A stretch of 64,000 bases of DNA from Eubacteriales bacterium. Lineage in GTDB: Bacteria > Bacillota > Clostridia > Oscillospirales > JAAYXM01. The first letter of the stretch is position 1; the number at the start of each line of letters is the position of its first letter. The position numbers were made by a program, and so were the translations under genes. Below the pieces are notes generated by a model. The model had not been told where the DNA came from and made no database searches. It saw only the letters and a list, made by a program, of their open reading frames with translations. The stretch lies in the NCBI GenBank assembly GCA_045580305.1, contig JAZNNQ010000002.1, positions 1,787-65,786 on the forward strand, given 5' to 3'. Shown one piece after another: positions 35,458 to 45,442 of this stretch.

Positions 35458-36159
35458 ATGAGCGAATACATATTAGAGTGCATCGGTCTCAGCAAAAGAT
35501 TTGAAGTAAAACCTGCGCTTAGCAATGTGTCCCTATCCATCGGCCGCGGGAAGATCATCGGCCTTTTAGGCCCTAACGGAAGCGGCAAAACAACACTTAT
35601 TAAAATAGCCAACGGCCTTATCCTACCCACGAGCGGGAGTGTGCTTATCGACGGGAAGCAGCCCGGCTATGAAAGCAAGAAGATAGTATCCTATCTCCCT
35701 GACAGAAATTATTTAGTAGGCAAAATGAAGGTTTCGGAGATCGTTCAAATGTTTGAGGATTTCTACGAGGATTTTGACAGTGCAAAAGCGTATGCAATGA
35801 TAGAGCGCCTGCATATAAGTCCGGAGGATAAGCTGGGTATCCTTTCCAAGGGAAATAAGGAAAAGGTACAGCTCATCCTTGTTATGAGCAGAAAAGCGGA
35901 TCTTTACCTTTTGGATGAGCCTATCGGCGGTGTTGACCCCGCTACCCGAGACTATATTTTAGACACCATAGTTAAAAACCACTCTGAAAATTCAACGGTA
36001 ATCATATCCACCCATTTGATAAGCGATGTGGAAAAAATTCTTGATGAAGTGATTTTCATTAAGGACGGCGGTGTCATTCTGCACGAAAATGCGGAAACAC
36101 TGCGCTCTCGTGAGGGCAAGAGCGTGGACCTGGTGTTCAGGGAGGTATTCAGATGTTAG
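35458..36159 (+). CDS. ABC transporter ATP-binding protein
   Basis: Walker A LLGPNGSGKTTL, signature LSKGNKEKV, Walker B LYLLDEP. Confidence 0.9.
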   Translation: MSEYILECIGLSKRFEVKPALSNVSLSIGRGKIIGLLGPNGSGKTTLIKIANGLILPTSGSVLIDGKQPGYESKKIVSYLPDRNYLVGKMKVSEIVQMFEDFYEDFDSAKAYAMIERLHISPEDKLGILSKGNKEKVQLILVMSRKADLYLLDEPIGGVDPATRDYILDTIVKNHSENSTVIISTHLISDVEKILDEVIFIKDGGVILHENAETLRSREGKSVDLVFREVFRC

Positions 36160-36977
36160 GAAAGCTTATTAAATACGAATTTAAAGCTACCTGCAAATTT
36201 ATGTTTCTGATATACACACTGCTTATAGCCATGGCTGTGATAATATCGGTGAGCGTTGCCTTTGACATTACCGAGGTACTGGGAAGGATCGCAGAGAAAT
36301 TTCAGCCTGCAAGCACGGTTTTGGATGTGTTTGCAATCACCGTTATCATACTTTTTGTTGTTGTCAATGTGGTTGTATTCTCGGGAATGTTCTTTTATGC
36401 CATAAAAAGATTTAAGGATAACCTGCTTGGCGATGAGGGCTATCTTATGCACACACTGCCGGTTAAAACACGGGACAATATCATTGCAAAATGCACGGTT
36501 TCGGTTGTATGGACGATGCTTAGTTCTTTTGTCGTGATAATCGCCTATACCATTCTGGCTGTTGGAATGTTCGGAATAGGGGCGCTTGGCGGAATTCCGT
36601 TTTTAATCGGTGAAATATTGGAAAACGGCACCGGTGTAGCGGATATATTGCTTTTTTCGGCCGAGGGTGTAATTCTATCGATTGTTATGTTGGTAAGTTC
36701 ATATCTGCACATATATGCAAGTATGGCGGCAGGCTATTCTTACAACACCCACAGAGTAGCAAGGTCAATAGGCATTTATGTGGTGCTCTCAATGATAGCA
36801 AGTGCATTGAAATCCACAACGACAAATGTTTTGTCAATGCTGTATATTGCTGAAGTTGACAGTATGGTTACCTTTCATATTGCGCTTTGTATGGAAATCA
36901 TTTTTAGTGCAGCTTGCGCCGTGGTGCTGTATTTTATAACCCACCATTTTATGAATAAGAAATTGAATTTACAATAA
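36153..36977 (+). CDS. ABC-2-type / unknown multi-TM permease partner
   Basis: 274 aa. Overlaps the ATPase gene by 7 nt. About 6 TM helices. Confidence 0.6.
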   Translation: MLGKLIKYEFKATCKFMFLIYTLLIAMAVIISVSVAFDITEVLGRIAEKFQPASTVLDVFAITVIILFVVVNVVVFSGMFFYAIKRFKDNLLGDEGYLMHTLPVKTRDNIIAKCTVSVVWTMLSSFVVIIAYTILAVGMFGIGALGGIPFLIGEILENGTGVADILLFSAEGVILSIVMLVSSYLHIYASMAAGYSYNTHRVARSIGIYVVLSMIASALKSTTTNVLSMLYIAEVDSMVTFHIALCMEIIFSAACAVVLYFITHHFMNKKLNLQ

Positions 36978-36978
36978 C

Positions 36979-37027
36979 GCCCCCCTTTGTGTAAAGGAAG
37001 GGGGACCGCCTTGGCGGTGGATGAGAT
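36979..37027. repeat. REP-like double hairpin (CCTTCCCC/GGGGAAGG + ACCGC/GCGGT type)
   Basis: ccccctttgtgtaaaggaagggggaccgccttggcggtggatgag. Confidence 0.65.
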
Positions 37028-37122
37028 GTAAAAAAAGCAAGGGAAACCCCTTGCTTTTTTATTGCCAAAATCTGCAAAGTATGTTAAAATGACTTTGATT
37101 TCGCTTATGAGGTGATTCACCC

Positions 37123-38091
37123 ATGGAAATGTTCTACAGCACACTAAGCCAGATGCTTATGATGTTTACCCTCATCGCAGCGGGCTTTGTACTTCGAAAG
37201 TGCTCTATTCTGCCACTCGACTCGGATACGGGTATGGCGCGGGCTGAGACTTTTATTTTCGGACCTGCCCTATATATCGGAACCCAGATGCAGCAGTGCT
37301 CAGTCGAGATGTTCCGTGAGAATTATACACTTATAATCTACGGTCTTATAATTACTGTCTGTGCTATAGTTGTATCGTACCCCTTGTGCCGCATCTTCAT
37401 CCGCAAAAAAGGCGCAAGTGAGGCTCAGCTTTATCAGCAGAATGTGTATAAATACGCCCTTGCTTTTGGAAACTACGGCTTTATGGGAAACTTTATCGCC
37501 CTTACCGTTTTTGGCCCGGAATTTCTAAATAAATACATCCTCTTTACCTTCTTTGTGGGCATCCTTTGCCTTACCTGGGGTCTGTATGTTCTGGTTCCGA
37601 AAGATCAAGGACAGAGCATAGGGCACAATATAAGAAAAGGCCTTTTAAATCCTATGACCATCGGCCTGCTTTTAGGTATGGCGTTGGGCCTTTTGAATGT
37701 CAGAGAATATGTACCGCAGTTTCTTTTGACCGCCCTTGACCAGGCGGGTGCCTGCCAGGGCCCGGTTGCAATGATACTTGCGGGTTTTGTAATCGGCGGC
37801 TATAATTTCAAAGAGCTGCTGCTCAATAAAAAGGTGTATCTTGCCACCGCTTTCCGCCTTGTCCTCATCCCTGCGGTAATGCTTCTTATCTTGAGGGTAT
37901 CTGGCGCGAGTGATGAGCTTATGATTTTAACCCTCATCGCATTCGGTACACCCCTTGGACTTAATACCATCGTGTTCCCCGCGGCATACGGCGGTGAAAC
38001 CAAGACCGGCGCATCAATGGCGATGATTTCACACACACTATCGGTAATTACGATACCTTTGATGTATCTTGTATTTATAGTTTTATTATAA
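37123..38091 (+). CDS. AEC family transporter (second copy)
   Basis: 322 aa, multi-TM, paralogous in layout to 34513-35430. Confidence 0.7.
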   Translation: MEMFYSTLSQMLMMFTLIAAGFVLRKCSILPLDSDTGMARAETFIFGPALYIGTQMQQCSVEMFRENYTLIIYGLIITVCAIVVSYPLCRIFIRKKGASEAQLYQQNVYKYALAFGNYGFMGNFIALTVFGPEFLNKYILFTFFVGILCLTWGLYVLVPKDQGQSIGHNIRKGLLNPMTIGLLLGMALGLLNVREYVPQFLLTALDQAGACQGPVAMILAGFVIGGYNFKELLLNKKVYLATAFRLVLIPAVMLLILRVSGASDELMILTLIAFGTPLGLNTIVFPAAYGGETKTGASMAMISHTLSVITIPLMYLVFIVLL

Positions 38092-38101
38092 GGAGAACTA
38101 T

Positions 38102-39517
38102 ATGAGAAAAACGAAAATTATCTGCACAATAGGTCCTGCCTCCGCAAATGAGGAGACCCTTATCAAAATGTGCAAAGCGGGTATGAATGTTGCCCGCCTT
38201 AACTTCTCCCACGGCACACACGCAGACCATAAGGAAAAAATTGACCTTATTAAAAAGGTCCGTGAGGAACTTAATCTCCCCATCGCAATTATGCTTGACA
38301 CCAAAGGGCCTGAGTACCGTATCGGTACTTTTGAGAGTGGCAAGGTCGAGGTAAAGGAAGGAGAGTGCTTCACCTTCACCACCCGGGATGTGATGGGCGA
38401 TGAAACCATCGTCTCGGTAAATTATGAGAATCTTGCCGACGACCTTGCGGTGGGTGACAATATCCTTGTAAATAACGGACTTGTCCGTTTTGAGGTCGAG
38501 GAGATTGCGGACACCGAGGTTAAGTGCCGCGTCATATCGGGCGGCGTGCTCTCTAATAAAAAGAGTATGAACTTCCCCAATAAGGTGCTCAAGGGCGACT
38601 TTTTGAGCGAGCAGGACAAGGCTGACCTTCTCTTTGGTATCGAGCAGGATGTTGACTTTGTTGCCGCATCCTTCGTTTCAAATAAGGCGGATATCAAGGC
38701 GATGCGCGACTTTTTGGATGCAAACGGCGGCGAAAAGATAGAACTTACCGCGAAAATTGAGAACCGCGCAGGCGTTCTTAATGTGGATGAAATCTGCGAA
38801 ATTGCCGACGGTATTATGGTTGCGCGCGGCGATCTCGGCGTTGAAATTCCCTTTATCGAGGTGCCCTCGGTACAGAAGTTTTTAATTAATCGCTGCCGCT
38901 TACTCGGTAAGCGCGTTATCACCGCAACCGAGATGCTCGAGAGTATGATCCACAACGCCCGCCCCACCAGAGCGGAGATTTCCGATGTGGCAAACGCGGT
39001 GTATGACGGAAGCTCCTGTGTAATGCTCTCCGGCGAGACCGCTGCGGGCAAGTATCCGGTGGAAGCGGTCAGCAATATGGCACAAATTGCGGAGTTCACC
39101 GAAAGCCACATCGACTATGCAAAGTGGTTTAAGGAGAAGGAATATAAGATTAAAAACAACTTAGACGCTATCTGCCATTCCGCGGTTGCAATGGCGATCG
39201 ATGTGGGCGCAAAGGCGCTTGTTGTAAACTCAATGTCAGGCCGCACCATCCGTAAGGTAAGCCGTTTCAGAGGCCCTGCGGACATCGTGGGCACCACCAC
39301 CGATAAAAAGGTGTGGCGTCAGCTGAATATGAGCTGGGGCGTCATTCCGGTAATGACAGAAAAATATTCCTCTATTGACATTGTGTTCTATGAAGCGTTA
39401 AAATTAGCAAGAAGCGTGCTTAACCTGGAGACCGGTGACCATGTGGTTATGACCGGCGGTCTTATAAACGGCGAGCCGGGAAATACAAGCACGATTAAAC
39501 TTGAAGTTGTAAGATAA
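38102..39517 (+). CDS. pyk: pyruvate kinase
   Basis: MRKTKIICTIGPAS.., ..MVARGDLGVEIP.., 471 aa. Confidence 0.95.
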   Translation: MRKTKIICTIGPASANEETLIKMCKAGMNVARLNFSHGTHADHKEKIDLIKKVREELNLPIAIMLDTKGPEYRIGTFESGKVEVKEGECFTFTTRDVMGDETIVSVNYENLADDLAVGDNILVNNGLVRFEVEEIADTEVKCRVISGGVLSNKKSMNFPNKVLKGDFLSEQDKADLLFGIEQDVDFVAASFVSNKADIKAMRDFLDANGGEKIELTAKIENRAGVLNVDEICEIADGIMVARGDLGVEIPFIEVPSVQKFLINRCRLLGKRVITATEMLESMIHNARPTRAEISDVANAVYDGSSCVMLSGETAAGKYPVEAVSNMAQIAEFTESHIDYAKWFKEKEYKIKNNLDAICHSAVAMAIDVGAKALVVNSMSGRTIRKVSRFRGPADIVGTTTDKKVWRQLNMSWGVIPVMTEKYSSIDIVFYEALKLARSVLNLETGDHVVMTGGLINGEPGNTSTIKLEVVR

Positions 39518-39530
39518 AAGGAGAAAAATT

Positions 39531-39959
39531 ATGAAAAAGACAGTATTACTTATTTTAGCAGCTCTTATGTGTGTAACACTCATCTCTTGCGGCGGAAACC
39601 AGTCGGGCACAATCGAGACCACCGTTAAGGAGATAACACCGGAGGGTAACCTCATTCTTGATGCCGACATCGGCGATCTTGAAGGCGAGGCAATCATCCC
39701 CGGTAACGAGATTTTAATCACCATCGTGGCAGCTGATGCTCCCAAATTAAAGGAAGGCGAGGAGTTTACCGGCAAGTACAAGGCGGTTATGCTCTTTAAC
39801 CGTGAGTATTTAGAGGGTAAGGGTATCGATCAGATGTATGCCAATGCAGATGAGGACAAGGTCGAGATTTTGACCTACGAGGGCAACTTCGCTGAGACCT
39901 ACAGCATCACAGCAGGTGATAAGATCACCATCACCAAAATTATTCAGCCTGCAGCGTAA
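39531..39959 (+). CDS. small lipoprotein, unknown function
   Basis: Signal peptide plus lipobox LISCGG. 142 aa. Confidence 0.6.
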   Translation: MKKTVLLILAALMCVTLISCGGNQSGTIETTVKEITPEGNLILDADIGDLEGEAIIPGNEILITIVAADAPKLKEGEEFTGKYKAVMLFNREYLEGKGIDQMYANADEDKVEILTYEGNFAETYSITAGDKITITKIIQPAA

Positions 39960-39968
39960 AAAATCGAG

Positions 39969-39998
39969 AGCCGGGAGTGCAACGCTCCTGGCTTTTTA
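39969..39998 (+). terminator. rho-independent terminator
   Basis: agccgggag-tgcaacg-ctcctggct followed by TTTTT. Confidence 0.75.
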
Positions 39999-40012
39999 AT
40001 ATGCAATATAGT

Positions 40013-40044
40013 AAACATAAATTATATTATGTAAACTATAAAAT
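40013..40044. repeat. 31-bp direct repeat, left copy (AACATAAATtATATTATGTAAACTA..AAAAT)
   Basis: Matches 42922-42953 with one mismatch and one indel. Contains the inverted half-sites ACATAA/TTATGT. Confidence 0.7.
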
Positions 40045-40141
40045 AAACAAATTAAAAAATTTTTTAAAATTACATCTTTACAAGCTAAAAAAAGTGTGCT
40101 AAAATATAGGACATATTATAGGATATAAAGGAGGTATAAAT

Positions 40142-40384
40142 ATGACAATTGATGTAAAGAGTATTGTCAATATAAGCGAGGCTAACCAGAATTTCACTAA
40201 GGTTGCCAAAATAGCGGAAGAGAATGGCCAGGCAGTTATTTTCAAGCACAACAAGCCTAAATTTGTACTTGTTGATTTGGAAAACGGCGGCTATTTGCAG
40301 CTGTCTGACAGCGAAAAAATTGACATTGCGGCAAAACGAGTTATGGAAAAATATATGATAGCATTTAAGGAGCTTGCAAAATGA
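40142..40384 (+). CDS. Phd/YefM-type antitoxin
   Basis: 80 aa. 4-nt overlap with the Doc gene. Typical size and position. Confidence 0.75.
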   Translation: MTIDVKSIVNISEANQNFTKVAKIAEENGQAVIFKHNKPKFVLVDLENGGYLQLSDSEKIDIAAKRVMEKYMIAFKELAK

Positions 40385-40758
40385 TAACATTTACTAAAGA
40401 AAAGGTGCTTTATTTGCACAATATGATGGCAAATGCCACCGGCGGCAGCGTAGGTCTGCGGGATGAGGGACTTTTAGAGAGCGCGTTGTACAGTGTTAAT
40501 GCGGGTTTTGGTGGCGAGGAATTCTACAAAACCATTGAGGAAAAGGCGGCACACCTCGGCTTTTCCCTGATTTCAAACCACGCCTTTGTTGACGGCAATA
40601 AGCGCATCGGCGTTTTTGTAATGCTGACATTTTTAGAGGTAATGGGCGTAAATATGACCTGTACAAATGATGATGTAATTAAACTGGGGCTCGGCGTGGC
40701 AGACGGCAGTATGAAATACGACAAAATTTTAGACTGGATAAAAAAACACAGTAACTAA
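40381..40758 (+). CDS. doc: Doc (death-on-curing) Fic-fold toxin
   Basis: HAFVDGNKRIG = Doc-type Fic motif. 125 aa. Confidence 0.9.
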   Translation: MITFTKEKVLYLHNMMANATGGSVGLRDEGLLESALYSVNAGFGGEEFYKTIEEKAAHLGFSLISNHAFVDGNKRIGVFVMLTFLEVMGVNMTCTNDDVIKLGLGVADGSMKYDKILDWIKKHSN

Positions 40759-40774
40759 CGCCGCAGCCAGATAA

Positions 40775-40975
40775 GGAAGCATTGGTTTTGATACCATATT
40801 TTCCGTAAATAGTGCATCAAAAATTCCGGTAATACGCCAGTATTACCGGAATTTTATTCTTTCTTTTTACAAAAAATCTTGCTTTCAAAACTGCCTTGCA
40901 TCCTGAAAAGATGAATTTTGGATGAAGTTCAAGCTAAAAACGCCTCATAATCCTGACGGATATGGGGTGTTTTTA
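40775..40975. repeat. ~200-bp interspersed repeat, copy 2
   Basis: See 25545-25750. Contains the hairpin ccggtaatacgccagtattaccgg flanked by A and T runs. Confidence 0.7.
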
Positions 40976-40976
40976 T

Positions 40977-41807
40977 TTATTGTCCGTATACAAGGTAAAT
41001 TTCCGCGTCCTTATCGGCGCCCTTTGACTGATAGGGGATGGTGCACTGGTGATTACCGAAAGCGGATTTATAACCTTCGGGCACATCCAGTTTAAAACTG
41101 TCGCCCTTTAATGTGCGACCGACGACCGAGCGCTGGTTTGAATGATGGGGATCCAAGGTTACCTTGACCGTGCGGCACTGATTTGCCGGCGCGGTAAGGC
41201 GTGAATATAAATTCGCCGCCATATCCGGGCGGGGCAGGTCATACTCAACGGTAATGTCCGCGAAAAGTTCACCGTCCAGATAAATCTGCTGTGCCGCAAA
41301 CTCGTGACTTTCTTTATTTACCACATAAACCACCTCGAACTTGCCCTCGGTGATACCGTACTCCTCATAGAGAAGCTTTGTATAGGCATCAGTGGGGCGT
41401 GTCCTGACGGTGAGAAGCTCATTTTCCTCGTTCTTTTCAAGTACGGTTGAAACCTTCGCACTCTCAGCAACGAGGGGTGCGGTAAAACGCTCCTTTAACA
41501 TATGGAAGCTGTAGTCCTCGCGCAGATAAAGCTCGGTATAAAACTTGCCGTCAGAGTAGGAATAACAGCCGCTGGAAAGGTATACGGTCTGCTTCTCATC
41601 ATTGTAGAAGTAGGCAAAATTAGGCTGATAAAAACGACTAAAGCTGCTACCGTCCGCCATGGTGGTGGTCAGGGTAAAGGAAGTGTGGTTTTTGAAGACG
41701 GAGGCAAGTGTGTTGGCATTGTATAATTGCTTCATATTGTCCCTGCCGCAGCCTGCAAGACAGGTAAGGCAGAGAATAAGTGCTAAAACCAAAGATATCT
41801 TTCGCAT
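40977..41807 (-). CDS. lipoprotein, unknown function
   Basis: The start at internal Met 41807 (MRKISLVLALILCLTCLAGCG, with lipobox) follows GGAGGG. Confidence 0.65.
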   Translation of the reverse strand: MRKISLVLALILCLTCLAGCGRDNMKQLYNANTLASVFKNHTSFTLTTTMADGSSFSRFYQPNFAYFYNDEKQTVYLSSGCYSYSDGKFYTELYLREDYSFHMLKERFTAPLVAESAKVSTVLEKNEENELLTVRTRPTDAYTKLLYEEYGITEGKFEVVYVVNKESHEFAAQQIYLDGELFADITVEYDLPRPDMAANLYSRLTAPANQCRTVKVTLDPHHSNQRSVVGRTLKGDSFKLDVPEGYKSAFGNHQCTIPYQSKGADKDAEIYLVYGQ

Positions 41808-41808
41808 A

Positions 41809-42030
41809 TTATCTTCCCTCCGGATCAATAGAAAAATCGCTCACATCAAAGCCCAGTTCAATGTCGTCATCCGATGGGGGAGTGCGACTGAAGGGGTTGT
41901 ATTCATAATGGCGGCACTTGAAGTTCTTGGCAACAACGCCGTGACGCTTGCATACCACCATATCGTCATTTACCGGATTACCCTCGGCACAGTATGCACA
42001 GCAGGGTTGTATGTCCTTGTTAAAAAGCAT
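41809..42030 (-). CDS. small Cys-rich protein, unknown function
   Basis: 73 aa. Carries CCAYCAEG..VCKRH..KCRH, probably zinc-binding. Confidence 0.45.
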   Translation of the reverse strand: MLFNKDIQPCCAYCAEGNPVNDDMVVCKRHGVVAKNFKCRHYEYNPFSRTPPSDDDIELGFDVSDFSIDPEGR

Positions 42031-42058
42031 AAGTTTTCACCTCGGTATACAGTATATA

Positions 42059-42919
42059 TCATAAGATGAAAAATGTCAAAAAAAGAACAAAAACCGCCGC
42101 AAGTGCGCCGTGGAGAAGCTTGCCGATAAAATGCCGTTTTGGACTGAGTCCCGCATCAAAGCAGAGGGACGCCACCTGCGCCTGAACACACAAGCCGCCA
42201 AAGCTTGTGAAAAATGCGGCGCACACCACACCGAAGGTGTCTCTCGGCAGGGAAAACACACCGCGAGACATCTCAATAACACCGATTAAAAAGTTGCTGA
42301 TCGGTAAAAAATATCCCAAAACAGCCAATAATACACTAAAAAATATCACAAAAGCACAGATGTTAAGACAACTGAACAGCCCGCGCTGCACACCGTCGGT
42401 GAAGGAAGCGGAAAAGGGCAGTGAGGGCGCGGGCTTGACTACTGTTTTAGGTGAAAAAATACGGATAACAAGAGCGGAGAGTATGTGAGCAGCCCAGACG
42501 ATAAGGGCGATTTTTATACTGCCGAATGCACCGCCAACCGCCCCAAAAATAAAACCCGCACCGCAAAGGGAGCAGTAGGGCAGAGCACCTTCGGCGGCCT
42601 GCTTTGAAATAAGTCCTTCCCTGTACATATCGCAGATAATACTCGCACCCAAAGGATATCCGCCAACCGCTCCCAAAATCATCGGCGATGTTGGGACAAG
42701 CCCCGCCTTTATGATGAAATTTGACAGCACGAAAAAGGGGAAAAGTGACGGTATAAGCGACCTTCCGCAAAGTGCGACGGCAGAGGACACCGCCTCGGCA
42801 ACCACTTGGGGCAGCAGTAAAAACACCGCCGCAACAAGCAGACAAAAACAAAGAAAAACAGCCTTTTTCAAAACATCACCCCAACTAAGTGTATTGCCGC
42901 GCTTCGCACAAAATGCCAA
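42059..42919 (-). CDS. multi-TM membrane protein (nucleoside-recognition/YlbJ-like, tentative)
   Basis: 286 aa, about 7 TM helices. The family call rests on memory of N-terminal similarity only. Confidence 0.35.
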   Translation of the reverse strand: MAFCAKRGNTLSWGDVLKKAVFLCFCLLVAAVFLLLPQVVAEAVSSAVALCGRSLIPSLFPFFVLSNFIIKAGLVPTSPMILGAVGGYPLGASIICDMYREGLISKQAAEGALPYCSLCGAGFIFGAVGGAFGSIKIALIVWAAHILSALVIRIFSPKTVVKPAPSLPFSASFTDGVQRGLFSCLNICAFVIFFSVLLAVLGYFLPISNFLIGVIEMSRGVFSLPRDTFGVVCAAFFTSFGGLCVQAQVASLCFDAGLSPKRHFIGKLLHGALAAVFVLFLTFFIL

Positions 42920-42921
42920 GT

Positions 42922-42953
42922 GAACATAAATAATATTATGTAAACTAAAAATA
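42922..42953. repeat. 31-bp direct repeat, right copy
   Basis: gaacataaataatattatgtaaactaaaaata. Confidence 0.7.
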
Positions 42954-43144
42954 CAGGTGTACTATGTTGAAAATGGTATCCGAATGTGGTAAACTTTTAT
43001 ATGCGAGTGACAAAAAGCATTCCCCCCCGAGGGGAAGGTGGATTGTAGGGCACAGCCTTTAGGATGTGTCGTAAAATATACAATACGGCAAGCCGTACGA
43101 TAATTTAAGCGGAGAAAACAGCAATTTTACAAGGAGCAAAAGCA

Positions 43145-44524
43145 ATGAAACGACTTATCGGGTCGAAAGACCTTTACAAAAAAATAATAAAGCTTGCCAT
43201 TCCCATAATGGTACAGAATCTTATAACCAACTTTGTCGCGCTTATCGACAATATTATGATCGGCGCGGTCGGTACAGAGCAGATGTCGGGTGTCGCGATA
43301 GTTAATCAGATATTCTTCGTGTTCAACCTTGCGGTGTTCGGCGCGGTGAGTGGCGCGGGCATCTTCTGTGCACAGTTTTTCGGCAAAGGCGATTATAATG
43401 GCGTGCGGCATACCCTGCGGTTTAAAATTATATCCGCAATTGCCATAACCGCCGTGGGTATGGGTGTTTTCCTGCTTTTGGGTGATAATCTTATCACCTC
43501 ATTCCTCCACGACGCGGACAAGGGCATTGACCTCGCCCTTACCTTTGACAGTGCCAAAACCTATATGCTCATAATGCTTGTGGGAAATGTGGCATTTGCC
43601 TTGGAGAGCGCCTATTCCTCCACACTTCGCGAAGGCGGTAACACAACCGTTCCAATGGCTGCAGGTATTGCGGCAATTATCACCAACACCTGTTTAAACT
43701 GGCTTTTAATCTTCGGTATCGGCCCGTTCCCCGAACTTGGCGTTGCGGGTGCGGCTATCGCCACGGTCATATCGCGCTTTGTGCAGGTGAGCATCGTCAT
43801 CTTCTGGACACATAAAAACCGTAACCGTCTTGTATACCCCAAAGGTCTGTATCGCGGTTTCAAAATACCTCTTGCTCTGGCAAAGCGTATTACCGTAAAA
43901 GGCTTCTTACCGCTGGTGCTCAATGAAACTCTTTGGGCGGCGGGTATGGCAATGCTGACCCAGTGCTACTCGCTAAGGGGTATCGATGTGGTGGCAGGCC
44001 TTAATATCTCCACCACCGTGTCAAACCTTTTTAATGTAATGTTTATCGCAATCGGCTCGGGCGTGTCAATAATCCAGGGCCAGTTTTTGGGCGCAGGCAA
44101 ATTCTATGAGGCAAAGGACTCCGCCCCCAAGCTCATCGCCTTTTCCACCGTTATATGCATTTTTGTGGGTGCCGTAATGGCAAGCCTTTCATCGGTTTTC
44201 CCAATGGTGTACAACACCAGCGAACACATCAAGTCACTGGCTACCAATTTCATCCTGCTCTCGGCACTTTTTATGCCGATACACGGTATGTGCCACTCCA
44301 CATATTTCACCATCCGCGCGGGTGGCAAGACCGGCATAACCTTCCTTTTCGACTCGGGTTATACCTGGCTTGTGGCGGTACCTCTGGCGTATTGCCTGGC
44401 GCATTTTACCGATCTTGGCATCTTCACGGTGTATTTTTTAGTCCAGGGCGCTGAGATGGCAAAATGTATTATCGGCGGCGTGCTGGTATCAAAGAATGTG
44501 TGGCTGTCAAACATAGTTAAATAA
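43145..44524 (+). CDS. MATE family efflux transporter
   Basis: 459 aa, 12 TM. N-terminus ..LAIPIMVQNLITNFVALIDNIMIG.. is typical of MATE. Confidence 0.85.
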   Translation: MKRLIGSKDLYKKIIKLAIPIMVQNLITNFVALIDNIMIGAVGTEQMSGVAIVNQIFFVFNLAVFGAVSGAGIFCAQFFGKGDYNGVRHTLRFKIISAIAITAVGMGVFLLLGDNLITSFLHDADKGIDLALTFDSAKTYMLIMLVGNVAFALESAYSSTLREGGNTTVPMAAGIAAIITNTCLNWLLIFGIGPFPELGVAGAAIATVISRFVQVSIVIFWTHKNRNRLVYPKGLYRGFKIPLALAKRITVKGFLPLVLNETLWAAGMAMLTQCYSLRGIDVVAGLNISTTVSNLFNVMFIAIGSGVSIIQGQFLGAGKFYEAKDSAPKLIAFSTVICIFVGAVMASLSSVFPMVYNTSEHIKSLATNFILLSALFMPIHGMCHSTYFTIRAGGKTGITFLFDSGYTWLVAVPLAYCLAHFTDLGIFTVYFLVQGAEMAKCIIGGVLVSKNVWLSNIVK

Positions 44525-44671
44525 TAAAAACGGCAATGAACGGCGATTTATCCCTATGACCAACCGCCGAATCCATTGTCGTTTTCTTCTTATATTTATG
44601 TCTTGCTTATGGCGTGAAACTATGTTATACTTATACCAAGTATATATTTATGTTAAAATGAGGCGTTTTAT

Positions 44672-45439
44672 ATGAAAAAAGAATTTGAAAATAAAACTAT
44701 TGATGGTCTTATCGAGGGCAGAAATGCGGTGCACGAGGCACTGCGCGCCCACCGTGTTATAAATAAGGTTTTTTACGCTAAAGGTGACGGTGACAGAATG
44801 CTTTCGCACCTTGCACATCAAGCAAAGGAAGCGGGTGCGGTGGTCGTTGCCTGCGACAGAAGAAAGCTTGACTCAATGAGCGAGACCGGTGCACATCAGG
44901 GCATCATCGCCTTTGCCGCCGCTCACGATTATGCAAGTGTTGAGGACATTCTTGAAAACGCCGCCGCTTCGGGCAGAGCACCTCTTGTGGTGGTATGTGA
45001 CGAGATAAGCGATCCCCACAATTTAGGCGCTATAATCCGCTCGGCGGAGGCTGCAGGCGCCCACGGCGTAATCATTCCCAAAAGAAGATCGGCCGCACTC
45101 ACCGCGGTGGTTGAGAAGGCATCCGCCGGCGCAACCTCATACCTGCCGGTGGCCCGCGTTCCCAATATCGCCGCTTGCCTTGACAATCTCAAAAAGCGGG
45201 GCCTGTGGGTATTTGGCACTGCACTGCAGGAAAACAGCATCTCACTTTATGAGGCTGACCTTAAGGGCGCTGTGGCGATTGTTATCGGTTCCGAGGGCGA
45301 GGGGATGAGCCGCCTCACCCGTGAAAAGTGTGACTTTACGGTAAAAATCCCGATGATAGGTAAAATAGAGTCGCTTAACGCCTCCTGCGCCGCGGCAGTG
45401 GTGCTGTACGAGGCTGTGCGACAGAGGATAGGGGGTTAA
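44672..45439 (+). CDS. rlmB: 23S rRNA (guanosine-2'-O)-methyltransferase, SpoU/TrmH family
   Basis: IEGRNAVHEAL.., ..DEISDPHNLGAIIRSAEAAGAHGVII.., ..ESLNASCAAAVVLYE. Confidence 0.85.
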   Translation: MKKEFENKTIDGLIEGRNAVHEALRAHRVINKVFYAKGDGDRMLSHLAHQAKEAGAVVVACDRRKLDSMSETGAHQGIIAFAAAHDYASVEDILENAAASGRAPLVVVCDEISDPHNLGAIIRSAEAAGAHGVIIPKRRSAALTAVVEKASAGATSYLPVARVPNIAACLDNLKKRGLWVFGTALQENSISLYEADLKGAVAIVIGSEGEGMSRLTREKCDFTVKIPMIGKIESLNASCAAAVVLYEAVRQRIGG

Positions 45440-45442
45440 AAT

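Noticed and set aside
34513-38091. Two AEC transporters flanking an ABC ATPase/permease pair, considered as a possible specialised export or immunity cluster.
   Set aside because: No biosynthetic, regulatory or peptide-precursor genes are nearby, and REP repeats separate the units. These look like ordinary transporters.
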